Below, one piece after another: positions 55,290 to 64,000 of a stretch of DNA of 64,000 nucleotides (its first letter is position 1; each line of letters begins with the position of its first letter). Under the pieces are notes generated by a model that saw nothing but the letters and a program-made list of their open reading frames with translations, had not been told where the DNA came from and did not search any database. The stretch lies in the NCBI GenBank assembly GCA_963768855.1, contig CAVYJM010000010.1:145691-209690 (forward strand). Reading direction: 5' to 3'. Both the position numbers and the translations under genes were made by a program. Source of the stretch: an uncultured Thermoplasmata archaeon (GTDB lineage: Archaea; Thermoplasmatota; Thermoplasmata; RBG-16-68-12).

Positions 55290-57005
55290 TCAGCGGCTCG
55301 ATGGTGCGACGGCCCTGAGCTTCGCGCGCTCCTCGTCGCGCAGGGTGCGTCGGAGGACCTTCCCGACCTGGCTCTTCGGGAGATCGGTGCGGAACTCGAC
55401 CTGTCGCGGCACGCGGAAGGCCGCGAGGCGCTCGCGGCAGAATGCGATGACCTCCTGGTCCGTCGCGGTCGTCCCCGCCTTCAGCACGACGAAGGCCTTC
55501 ACCGTCTCGCCCCGGTAGGGGTCGGGCACGCCGATCACCGCGGCCTCGAGGACCGCCGGGTGGGAGTACAGGACCTCCTCCACCTCCCGCGGATAGACAT
55601 TGAACCCGGAGGCGATGATCAGGTCCTTCTTTCGCTCGACGATGTACAGGTACCCGTCCTCGTCCATCCTCGCGATGTCGCCCGTGTGCAGCCATCCGTC
55701 CCGAAGGGTCGCGGCCGTCTCCTCCGGCTGGTTCCAGTACCCCTTCATGACCTGGGGCCCACGGACGAGCAGCTCGCCCGCCTCCCCGACGGGCAGGTCG
55801 CGGGTCCCCGTCTCGAGGTCCACGATCCGCACGTCCGTGTCGGGGAACGGGATTCCCACACCTTCCTTGACGAGCCCATCCTGGGTGAGCGGGTTGGCCG
55901 AGACGACCGTGGAAGCCTCCGTGAGACCGTAGCCCTCGACGAGTCGTCCGCCCGTGAGGCTCTCCCACCGACGCCGGACCTCCACCGGCAGGGGCGCCGC
56001 CCCGGAGAGGCAGGCCTGGATCCCCCGCATGTCCGCCTTGCGGAGGCGGGGATGGTTCATCAGCGCGACGTAGAGGGTGGGCACCGCAGGGAACAGGGTC
56101 GGACGCTCCCGGTCGATGACCTTCAGCAAGTGCTTCAGGTCCCGCGGGTCCGGGAGCAGGAGCATCGTCGAGGCGAGCCGCACGGACACCAGGAGGCCCG
56201 CCATGAGCCCGTAGATGTGGAAGAGCGGGATCGCGATGAGCGTCCGTTCCCGGGCCATCTCCGTCCCGGGGACCCAGCTCGCGCACTGGTACGCGTTCGC
56301 GATCAAGGTGCGGTGCGTCAGCATCGCGCCCTTCGGCGTCCCGGTGGTCCCGCCCGTGTACTGGAGGACCGCGACCCCGTCCGGGTCCACGGTCTGCGGC
56401 TCCGCGCCGCGCTCCCCCGGCGTCTTGAGCATCTCGCGGAACGCGTGCATCCACGGCTCGTCCGGCACCTCGAGCGGCCAGTGGCCGGCCTTCTTCAGGT
56501 CGCTGCGGCGGCGGATCGGATAGAGGGTTGACAAGGGAGCAGGAAGGAAGTCCTTCAGGTCGACCACGACGACCTCATGGAGGGGCGTCTCGGGCTTGGC
56601 TTTCAGGAGGTTCGCAAGGAAGAGGTCCAGGCAGACGGCGGCCGTGGCACCCGCGTCCGCATAGAGGGCGGCCAGCTCTCCCGGGGTGTAGAGCGGGTTC
56701 GTCTGGACGACGATTCCGCCTGCGCGCTGAACCCCGAAGAACGCGATGATGTACGCCGGCGAGTTCGGGACGATCAGGCCCACGCGGTCCCCGGGCCGGA
56801 CGCCGATCCGCCTCAGGGAGGCCGCGAATCGGTCGGCCGCGTCATCGAGCTCCCGATACGTGAGTCGTGCGCCGTAGAAGACCGTCGCCACCGCCTTGCC
56901 GTGCGCATCCGCGGTCCGCCGCAGCATGCGTTCGACGGGGATCTGCGGGTAGTCGAGCGACTTCGGGACTCCGCTGGGCCAATGCCCGTACCACGGCTTC
57001 TCCAC
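55290..57005 (-). CDS. Long-chain-type acyl-CoA synthetase (AMP-forming)
   Basis: LQYTGGTTGTPKGAMLTH, EGYGLTE, WLHTGDI, RKKDLII; GTG after GGGGAG. Confidence 0.92.
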   Translation of the reverse strand: MEKPWYGHWPSGVPKSLDYPQIPVERMLRRTADAHGKAVATVFYGARLTYRELDDAADRFAASLRRIGVRPGDRVGLIVPNSPAYIIAFFGVQRAGGIVVQTNPLYTPGELAALYADAGATAAVCLDLFLANLLKAKPETPLHEVVVVDLKDFLPAPLSTLYPIRRRSDLKKAGHWPLEVPDEPWMHAFREMLKTPGERGAEPQTVDPDGVAVLQYTGGTTGTPKGAMLTHRTLIANAYQCASWVPGTEMARERTLIAIPLFHIYGLMAGLLVSVRLASTMLLLPDPRDLKHLLKVIDRERPTLFPAVPTLYVALMNHPRLRKADMRGIQACLSGAAPLPVEVRRRWESLTGGRLVEGYGLTEASTVVSANPLTQDGLVKEGVGIPFPDTDVRIVDLETGTRDLPVGEAGELLVRGPQVMKGYWNQPEETAATLRDGWLHTGDIARMDEDGYLYIVERKKDLIIASGFNVYPREVEEVLYSHPAVLEAAVIGVPDPYRGETVKAFVVLKAGTTATDQEVIAFCRERLAAFRVPRQVEFRTDLPKSQVGKVLRRTLRDEERAKLRAVAPSSR

Positions 57006-57143
57006 GCGCTCCCCCGGGCGAGAACGGACGGGGCGTACAATAAGGTTCGGCCCGGGCGGGACCCGCCGTCGGGAGCCGTCGCATGGCGGGCCATCCCTTT
57101 TCGAAGGAAGCAGCGTCCGCGATCCCGCATCGAGGTTGGCCTC

Positions 57144-57458
57144 ATGATCGCGCGCATCTGGCACGGACGGACCCAGGCGTCGGACGGCGACGCGTACCGG
57201 GACTACGTCATGGAGAGCGGCGTGAAGGAGCTCCGGCGGACGCCAGGGAATCGGGGCGTCTACCTGATGCGCGCCGTGAGAGAGGAGGTCGCGGAGTTCC
57301 TCGTGATTTCCCTCTGGGACTCCTTCGACGCGATCCGCGCTTTCGCGGGCGAGGACCTCGGGAAGGCCCGCTACTTCGACCAGGACCGTAAGTTCCTCCT
57401 CGAGTTCGAGCCGAACGTCGTGCACTACGAGGTCCTGTCCGCTCCATCCACTTCGTAG
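57144..57458 (+). CDS. Antibiotic biosynthesis monooxygenase (ABM)-like protein
   Basis: MIARIWHG...PGNRGVYL...ISLWDSFDAIRAFAG. Confidence 0.8.
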   Translation: MIARIWHGRTQASDGDAYRDYVMESGVKELRRTPGNRGVYLMRAVREEVAEFLVISLWDSFDAIRAFAGEDLGKARYFDQDRKFLLEFEPNVVHYEVLSAPSTS

Positions 57459-57507
57459 ACCTCGTCACTGGACGAGTTTTATAGGGAGCCTCGACTTGCC
57501 TGCGGGC

Positions 57508-58434
57508 GTGACCCAGGACGCGCTCCGCGCCGTCGACGTCCGCAAGACGTACCACACGCGCGGGGCTCCGGCCGTGGACGCCCTGCGCGGCGTCTCCCTC
57601 TCCCTCCGCAAGGGCGAGCGGGTCTCCTTGCTGGGCCGGAACGGGGCGGGGAAGACGACGTTCCTCCGCATCGCATCGACCCTGCTGGTCCCGACCTCGG
57701 GGACCGTGGAGGTCTTCGACTTGGACGCGGTCCATCACCCCGAGCAAGTCCGCCCTTTGATCGCGGTCGTGCCCCAGGAGGGGAAGCCGTTCTTCCACCT
57801 CACGCCGCGCGAGCAGATCTACGCCTACCTGCGGGCCCGAGGGATCGACCGGGAGGCCGCGAAGGCCCGGACGGAACAGGCGCTGGACCAGATGGAGATC
57901 CAGGAGGTCGCGGATCGCTTGTGCATCACCCTCTCCGGCGGACAGAAGCAGCGGGCGATGGTGGCGACGGTCATCGCGACGGAGGCGCCCCTCCTGTTCC
58001 TGGACGAGCCGACGATCGGCATGGATCCGTTCGCCCGCCGCGGCGTCTGGGACTCCCTGAGGCGGCTCACCTCGAAGGGCTCCACGATCCTCCTGACGAC
58101 GCACTACCTGGATGAGGCCGAGGCCCTCTCGGAGCGCCTCTACGTGGTCGAGGCCGGACAGGTCCTCGTCGAGGGCACGGCGGAAGCGATCAAGAAGCAG
58201 GTCGGCGGCACGCTCAAGGTCTCGATCGCCAACGGCACCGCCCTGATCGAGGAGCTCGCGACGTTCGGGGAGATCATCGCGGACGGCGGGACGGTGAACG
58301 TCGTGACGGCTCCGGAGCGGATCAATGAGATCATGGCCCTCACGGTGTCGAAGGGGCTCGCGGCGACGGTCGGTCCCGTGACCCTCGAGGAGGCATTCCT
58401 GCGGATCGTGGGCCGGTCGATCGACGCGGAGTAG
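57508..58434 (+). CDS. ABC exporter ATP-binding subunit
   Basis: Walker A GRNGAGKTT, signature LSGGQ, Walker B LFLDEP, H-loop TTHYLDEA. Confidence 0.93.
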   Translation: MTQDALRAVDVRKTYHTRGAPAVDALRGVSLSLRKGERVSLLGRNGAGKTTFLRIASTLLVPTSGTVEVFDLDAVHHPEQVRPLIAVVPQEGKPFFHLTPREQIYAYLRARGIDREAAKARTEQALDQMEIQEVADRLCITLSGGQKQRAMVATVIATEAPLLFLDEPTIGMDPFARRGVWDSLRRLTSKGSTILLTTHYLDEAEALSERLYVVEAGQVLVEGTAEAIKKQVGGTLKVSIANGTALIEELATFGEIIADGGTVNVVTAPERINEIMALTVSKGLAATVGPVTLEEAFLRIVGRSIDAE

Positions 58435-58441
58435 GGGAGTC

Positions 58442-59188
58442 ATGGCGATCGCCGTTCGATGGACCGGGATGAAGACGTTCGTCGCCACGGAGACAAGGGT
58501 CCAGCTCCACGAGTGGCTGGCGATCGCGACGGGAAGCCTGGTGCAGGCCGCGCTCCTCGTCTTCGTGTGGGTGCTGAACAAGGACCTCCTCGCCCCCGCG
58601 CTCATCGGCGCCCTCATCTATTCCACCTTCCTGATCGGACAGCGCGTCCTCAACGAGGCCGCGTACATCCGGATCGACCACAAGCTGAACGAGCTCTACC
58701 ACGCGAGCCCGATGACCCCCGAGTCCTACTTCCTGGGGATGTCGATCGGGATTCTGATCGCGTACCTACCTCCCATCGTCATCCTGACGCTCCTCCTCGA
58801 GATCGTGCGTCCCTTGGACCTCGCGACCCTGGCCGCCCTCGCCGCCACCCTGCTCGCCGTGTGGGCGTTTTCGTCGACCCTGGGGTACGTCATCTCGACC
58901 CTGTTCAAGGACATGAAGACGATCTGGCCGTACTCGAGCCTGCTGACGAACCTGTTCGGGATCGTGCCGCCCGTGTTCTACGGCATCCACTTCATCGACC
59001 CCGCGCTCCGCTCGATCGTCCTCGTCGTCCCGACGAGCTCGGCCGTCGCCCTCGTGGAGGGCGTCGCGGGGATGGAGTCCCTCACGTCCGGCGAATACCT
59101 TCTCGCGGGCGTCTCCCTCGCGGTCGAGGCGCTCGTCCTCCTGGCCTTCGGCCTGTACTGGGCGCGACGCACGGCCCGGGAGGTCTGA
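58442..59188 (+). CDS. ABC-2 type permease
   Basis: Six TMs, ELYHASP and PPVFY motifs; follows the ATPase gene. Confidence 0.8.
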   Translation: MAIAVRWTGMKTFVATETRVQLHEWLAIATGSLVQAALLVFVWVLNKDLLAPALIGALIYSTFLIGQRVLNEAAYIRIDHKLNELYHASPMTPESYFLGMSIGILIAYLPPIVILTLLLEIVRPLDLATLAALAATLLAVWAFSSTLGYVISTLFKDMKTIWPYSSLLTNLFGIVPPVFYGIHFIDPALRSIVLVVPTSSAVALVEGVAGMESLTSGEYLLAGVSLAVEALVLLAFGLYWARRTAREV

Positions 59189-59189
59189 G

Positions 59190-59972
59190 ATGGACGCGGT
59201 CGTCGACAAGAAGGTCCTCGCCGAGATGCGCAAGGGACGCGTCTTCCCCGCGTTCGCCCTCGTGGGCTGGCGGTGGATCGCCCGCAATCCGGTCGCGACG
59301 ATCGTCCCGATCCTCCTCCCGTTCTTCTTCCTCTACTTCCTGCACATCATCACGCCGCCGAGCGAGCAGGCGACTCTGTTCCCGCTCCAGGTCGCGGGGG
59401 CCATGCTCTTCACGACGCAGAATATCGGAAGCTGGTGTCTCTCCGACTCTGCCTACTGGCGGCTCGAGCAGCGGCTCCAGGACATCTTCGTCGCCTCGCC
59501 CCTCGACAAGTTCCGCTACCTGTTCGGGGTCGCCTTCTCGAACCTGATCCCTGCGGCGCCCGCGCTCGTCGTGCTCGGGATCATTCTCGCGTACTCCACG
59601 CCCGTCTCCCTGGCCGCCTGGCTCGTCCTCGCGGCGGCCATCTTCGCGATCTGGGTCCTCTACTCCGCGATCGGGATCGCAATCTCAAGCCGCCTTCAGA
59701 GCCAGATGGAGGTGTGGCCCGTCGGGAACCTCGTGTTCACGACGCTCGGCATCCTGTCGCCCCTGTACTATCCGCTCACGATCTTGCCGCCCGTGTGGCA
59801 GGGGCTCGCGCGGTTCCTGCCCGCGACGTACGCAGCCCTGCTCGTGCAAGACGCCCTCGGCCTGAAGACGGCCCTCCCCGCCGAAGCGCTGACCGACGCG
59901 GCGCTCCTCGTGATCTCGACCGTCGTCGGCCTCGTCCTTGCGATGCGTCTCTACCAGTGGCGCGAGCACTGA
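59190..59972 (+). CDS. ABC-2 type permease
   Basis: Six TMs, DIFVASP, PLYYPLTILPPVWQ..ARFLPATY. Confidence 0.85.
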   Translation: MDAVVDKKVLAEMRKGRVFPAFALVGWRWIARNPVATIVPILLPFFFLYFLHIITPPSEQATLFPLQVAGAMLFTTQNIGSWCLSDSAYWRLEQRLQDIFVASPLDKFRYLFGVAFSNLIPAAPALVVLGIILAYSTPVSLAAWLVLAAAIFAIWVLYSAIGIAISSRLQSQMEVWPVGNLVFTTLGILSPLYYPLTILPPVWQGLARFLPATYAALLVQDALGLKTALPAEALTDAALLVISTVVGLVLAMRLYQWREH

Positions 59973-59975
59973 TCG

Positions 59976-62900
59976 TCAAACAGGCTTCGACGGCGGGAGG
60001 ATGACGACTACCGCGCACGAGGCCTTCCGCGCGACCTCGCGTTCGTCCTTCGCCAGGAAGCCGCGCGCCCTCAGGTCCCACCGCCCCGCCATCAGGATGG
60101 CCTCGACATCGCGCTCCTCGGCGAACTCGACAAGGTCCCGCCCGACATCTCGGACCATGAGGATCTTGGGCGTGAGCATCCGGAGGATCGGCCTTTGCCG
60201 GAGGGCCTTCAAGAAGGAAAGCTCCCGGTCTTGGTCGATGAGCGACTCGGGCCGGTACGTCGAATAGAGCGGGACGATCTGCGGTACCTTGATGACCCGC
60301 GCCGCGACGACGTCGACGGCGGGGAACGAGGTCGAGGCCGTCAGGGACGCCGCCACGTCGAACGGCTCCGGATGGAACTCGTCAAGCACCGGAATCAGGA
60401 TGCGGCGGAGGCGCTCGGGTTCTTTCTCTCCCTCACGGGGGCCTCGGACGAGGATCACCCGACGGCTCCGGAGATCCGCGATCCAGTTCTCCGACCGCCG
60501 CCCCAGGCCTCCCGCGAAGAAGTCCGGTGGCACCGGGAGGACGATCGTGTCTGCCTGGATCCGATCCGCGAGCGCCGCTAGATCTCGTCCGGTGGACCCT
60601 CCGGCCCTCCGGCCTTTCGCGGTTGGGAGGTCGACGACGCTGCATGGGATCTCGGCCGCCTTCGCGAGCGCCTCGGCGCGGCGTTCCAGCGCCAGGGCCG
60701 CCGCGCCCCGTGATCCGAAGTCTGGGAGGCGAACGAGGACGATGCGGGACCCGGAATACTCCGCGAGGCTGAGCGCGATGGAGATCGCGGTCGGCTCCGA
60801 GCCCTGGCGGGCGAGAGGCACGAGGACAGGCGGCCCTCGCTCGATGAACGGGATTCGGATCCGCGCCTCTGCCCCGGGTTCGGGGAATACTGCGGTCGCC
60901 ACCGCGGGCACGACAATCTGCGGGACCGGAACCGCCTTCGCGGGAAGGAGGACCTTCCGGACCACATACTTACGCGACTCCTCGAACACGAGGATGACGG
61001 GCACGAAGGCGTACAGGTAGAGCCAGGTGATCGGAGGGAAGGGGCTGGTGGTGAACACGGTCTGCAGGAACGGCAGGTAGACGATGCCCAGGAGGATTCC
61101 GATCTCCGCCAGGACGCCCGGGAGGAGCCAGCGGTTGCGCAAGGGGCTGAAGGAGAAGGCCGATGCAACGTTCGTCCGCGTGGCAAGCAGAGTTCCGAGC
61201 TGGCCCGCCATGATCCCGGCAATGACGACCGTCGTTCCCATGAGGTAGGCCTGTTGCTGCGCGGCCGTCGAAGGCCAGGTGGCGTCTCCGAGATGCCACC
61301 CCGCCTGGGACCAGATCGAGAAGCACCAGAAGAGGGCCACGAGGCCGATCATCGTCCCGATGTAGAAGGACCTCGTGAGCGTCGCGAGATCGAAGAGGCG
61401 GCTGCCCTTCGGCCGGGGTGGGCGGTCCATGATTCCGGGCTCCGGAGGCTCGAGCGTCAGGGCGAGGGAAGGCGGGATTTCCATCCCTAGGTCGATGGCG
61501 AGGATGCCCACGACGGTGAGGGGGAGGGTCTGCGGCGTCAGGAAGAGGACGAACACGACGAACGTCGCGAGCTCGGCCCAGTTGTGGCTGAAGACGTACA
61601 CGATGAACTTGCGGAGGTTGTCGAAGACGGAGCGCCCCACCTCCGTCCCGTTCACGATGGATGCGAAGTTGTCGTCGAGCAGCACCATGTCCGCGGACTC
61701 CCGGGCCACGTCGGTCCCGGTGATGCCCATCGCGATCCCGATGTCGGCCTCGAGCAGGGCGGGCGCGTCGTTCACCCCGTCCCCGGTGACCGCGACGGTC
61801 TCGTCCTTCGCCTGGAGCGCGTGGACGATCCGCAGCTTCTGCTCCGGCGTGATCCGGGCGAAGACGAGCTCGGGCGTGTCGAGGACGGCCGAGAGCTCGT
61901 CCTCGGTCATCTTCACGAGCTGGTAGCCCGTGACGATTGCGTGCGCACCCGAGGTGATGATTCCGACCTTGCGGGCGATGGCCTCGGCGGTCAGCTCGTG
62001 GTCCCCGGTCATCATGACGATTCGCATTCCCGCCTTCCGCGCCCGGAGGACCGCGTCCGGGACGTCCGCGCGGGGAGGATCGAGGATTGCGACGAGCCCC
62101 ACGAAAGTCAGGCCGCTCTCGACCGTCTCGGACTCGTACTTGTCCATTTCGTGCGGGAGCTCGCGGACCGCGAGGGCCAGGACCCGGTATGCTTCGCGGG
62201 CGAAGGCGTCAATCTGGTTCCGGATCGTGGCGGCTCGATCCTCGGTCAACGGCACGATCGCGTCGCCCCACTGAGCCGTCGTGGACCGGCTCAGGATCTC
62301 GCCGCCAGCGCCCTTCACGTAGGCGGTGACTCGACCCGCCGCGTCACGGTGGACGCTCGTCATCATCTTCCGCGCGGATTCGAACGGAATCATCCCGATC
62401 CGCGGCCGCTCCGTGAGAATCTTCTTCGGGTCGAGGCCGGCCTTCGCGGCGAGCACGAGGAGGGCTGCGTCCGTCGAGTCCCCGACGGCGGTCCAGCGGG
62501 ACTTGCGCCGGTCCAGGGGCGGGACGAGCGTCGCCTTGTTGTCGAGCGCAGCGATGTCGCAGAGCCGCCGGAGGGCCGCGTCGTCCCGGGACCCGACCTT
62601 GCGTCCCTCGAGGAAGATGGACCCTTCGGGCTCGTACCCTTCCCCGGTCGCGTCGAACGTGCGGCCGCCGATCCACACCTTTCGGACGGTCATCTGTCCT
62701 TCCGTGATCGTCCCGGTCTTGTCCGTGCAGATGACCGTGGTCGACCCGAGCGTCTCGACGGACGACAGGCGCTTCACGACGACGTTCCGTTTCGAGAGCG
62801 CGAGGCTGCTCACCGCCAGGGCGAGCGTGACTGTGACCTGCAGGCCCTCGGGGACCAGCGACGTCATGACGCCGATCATGAAGAGGATGCTGTCCGAGAC

Positions 62901-63737
62901 CTGGAGGTGGACGAGGAAGTGACCGACGGCCAAGAAGAGGACCCCGAGGCCGATCGCGACGTACACGTTCACCTTCGCCGTGTGGTCGAGCTCCCTCTGG
63001 AGCGGGCTCAGCGGCTCCTCGACCGTCCTGGCGATGGCGACGACCCGGCCGAACTGCGTGTCGGTCCCGGTGGCGAGGACGAGCGCCGTGCCGGTCCCGG
63101 AGGCGACGACCGTCCCGGCGAAGGCGAGGTTCGGGTATTCGGTGATGGGTCCTTCGAAATCGGGAGGGGGCGGGGCCGTCGAGCGATGCTGCGGCTCCGA
63201 CTCGCCGGTCAAGTTCGAGTTGTCCACGGACAGCTCGAAGGCGGTCAGGAGGCGCGCATCGGCGGGGACCTTGTCACCCTCTTCCAGGGAGAGGACATCG
63301 CCCACGGTCACGTAGGAGACGGGGACTCGCTTGAGGGCGCCGTCCCGCATCACCTTCGCCTCCTCGGGCACGAGCTGCCGGAGCGCCTCGACGGCGCGCT
63401 CGGCGCGGTGCTCCTGGAACAGGCTGAATAGCACGGCGAGGACGACGACGCCCAGGATCGCGATGCCCATCTGCGGGGAGCTCGTCGCGAAGGAGAGGAG
63501 GGCCGCGACGATCAGCAGGAGGTTGAACAGGTTCCGGAGCTGGGCTAGGACCTTGCGGGAGAGGGGCACCTTCTTCGGGTCCGGGAGGACGTTGAACCCG
63601 TGGGCTTCGAGCCGCCGGGCCGCGTCGACCATCGCGAGGCCGTCCGGGCCCGTGCTGAGTTCGCTGTAGACCTCATCGAGCGGACGTCGAGCCCATCCTT
63701 TGATTGCCTCGGACGGACTGGGAGACGGATTCGCCAT
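59976..63737 (-). CDS. P-type II cation-transporting ATPase (IIC-like) with a C-terminal tandem USP-like extension
   Basis: TGES, VPEGL, DKTGTIT, MTGDH, GDGVND; about 285 extra C-terminal residues with USP-type PVLVPL and RILIPV strands. Confidence 0.9.
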   Translation of the reverse strand: MANPSPSPSEAIKGWARRPLDEVYSELSTGPDGLAMVDAARRLEAHGFNVLPDPKKVPLSRKVLAQLRNLFNLLLIVAALLSFATSSPQMGIAILGVVVLAVLFSLFQEHRAERAVEALRQLVPEEAKVMRDGALKRVPVSYVTVGDVLSLEEGDKVPADARLLTAFELSVDNSNLTGESEPQHRSTAPPPPDFEGPITEYPNLAFAGTVVASGTGTALVLATGTDTQFGRVVAIARTVEEPLSPLQRELDHTAKVNVYVAIGLGVLFLAVGHFLVHLQVSDSILFMIGVMTSLVPEGLQVTVTLALAVSSLALSKRNVVVKRLSSVETLGSTTVICTDKTGTITEGQMTVRKVWIGGRTFDATGEGYEPEGSIFLEGRKVGSRDDAALRRLCDIAALDNKATLVPPLDRRKSRWTAVGDSTDAALLVLAAKAGLDPKKILTERPRIGMIPFESARKMMTSVHRDAAGRVTAYVKGAGGEILSRSTTAQWGDAIVPLTEDRAATIRNQIDAFAREAYRVLALAVRELPHEMDKYESETVESGLTFVGLVAILDPPRADVPDAVLRARKAGMRIVMMTGDHELTAEAIARKVGIITSGAHAIVTGYQLVKMTEDELSAVLDTPELVFARITPEQKLRIVHALQAKDETVAVTGDGVNDAPALLEADIGIAMGITGTDVARESADMVLLDDNFASIVNGTEVGRSVFDNLRKFIVYVFSHNWAELATFVVFVLFLTPQTLPLTVVGILAIDLGMEIPPSLALTLEPPEPGIMDRPPRPKGSRLFDLATLTRSFYIGTMIGLVALFWCFSIWSQAGWHLGDATWPSTAAQQQAYLMGTTVVIAGIMAGQLGTLLATRTNVASAFSFSPLRNRWLLPGVLAEIGILLGIVYLPFLQTVFTTSPFPPITWLYLYAFVPVILVFEESRKYVVRKVLLPAKAVPVPQIVVPAVATAVFPEPGAEARIRIPFIERGPPVLVPLARQGSEPTAISIALSLAEYSGSRIVLVRLPDFGSRGAAALALERRAEALAKAAEIPCSVVDLPTAKGRRAGGSTGRDLAALADRIQADTIVLPVPPDFFAGGLGRRSENWIADLRSRRVILVRGPREGEKEPERLRRILIPVLDEFHPEPFDVAASLTASTSFPAVDVVAARVIKVPQIVPLYSTYRPESLIDQDRELSFLKALRQRPILRMLTPKILMVRDVGRDLVEFAEERDVEAILMAGRWDLRARGFLAKDEREVARKASCAVVVILPPSKPV

Positions 63738-64000
63738 TCACAGATCATGCCTCCTGAGGGGGCGTTGCGACGCGTCCTCTCGAAGGGCCCACGACGCTGG
63801 CCAGCGGCCCGCCAGCAGGGAGAGGCTTATCAAAATTGGCATCGGGGGCACTCCCGCGGACGCCGCACACCGTTGTCTGGTTTCAGACACCCGTATTTAA
63901 GCGAACGACCCCCTCGGCCTCACCGAGGCGATTCCGCCTCGCCGGATCAAGCCCGTCCCGCAAGGAGTTCGCCGATGCGGAGGGCGAGATGCGCTTGCGC

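Noticed and set aside
720-63431. Many long alternative-frame or antisense ORFs in the track (e.g. 720-2567, 16061-18013, 25452-28070, 31657-33159, 61584-63431)
   Set aside because: They are shadow ORFs expected in high-GC DNA. They overlap well-supported genes and are Arg/Pro/Gly-rich with no motifs.
63960-64000. Possible start of a plus-strand gene (GGAGG then ATG at about 63989)
   Set aside because: Only four codons lie inside the window; it cannot be supported.
1-64000. CRISPR arrays, rRNA, IS elements, Sec/Pyl read-through
   Set aside because: No regularly spaced repeats, rRNA motifs, transposase motifs or in-frame stops within conserved genes were seen.

Overview
About 64 kb of a GC-rich archaeal chromosome, most likely Thermoplasmatota. 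The assignment is inferred from the group II thermosome next to a short Gram-positive/archaeal-type grpE-dnaK-dnaJ set, Cdc48/VAT, stand-alone TrpB2, archaeal Rqc2, a class III signal-peptide pilin, TATA-type promoters and many Zn-ribbon proteins. The window is densely coding. It contains amine/amino-acid catabolic genes, tRNA-Leu(CAG), a glmM-glmU-GT4 operon, IMPase-NAD kinase-JAB genes, a chaperone operon, a bactofilin-like locus, cdc48, an NfeD-flotillin operon, Lrp plus two glutamine synthetases, htpX, trpB2, rqc2, DDAH-ArgE, tRNA-Thr(GGT), a CARDB surface protein/pilin pair, an accessory NTase-like/APC permease/metallophosphoesterase cluster, an OFA transporter, a Rab-like GTPase, a HACL-like ThDP enzyme with a CoA ligase, an ABC-2 exporter and a P-type ATPase with a USP-like tail. 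No CRISPR array, rRNA, transposase or integrase was seen. Best leads: (1) a fully foldable ~112-nt 5' leader (6144-6255) that sequesters the Shine-Dalgarno of a class III aminotransferase, a candidate novel archaeal riboswitch; (2) the nucleotidyltransferase-fold + metallophosphoesterase + APC permease cluster; (3) a bactofilin and a divergent regulator that both carry SHOCT-like helices; (4) a Rab-like GTPase. All family calls come from motif recognition by eye; no searches were run. Many start codons were re-assigned from the ORF track using SD/TATA context.
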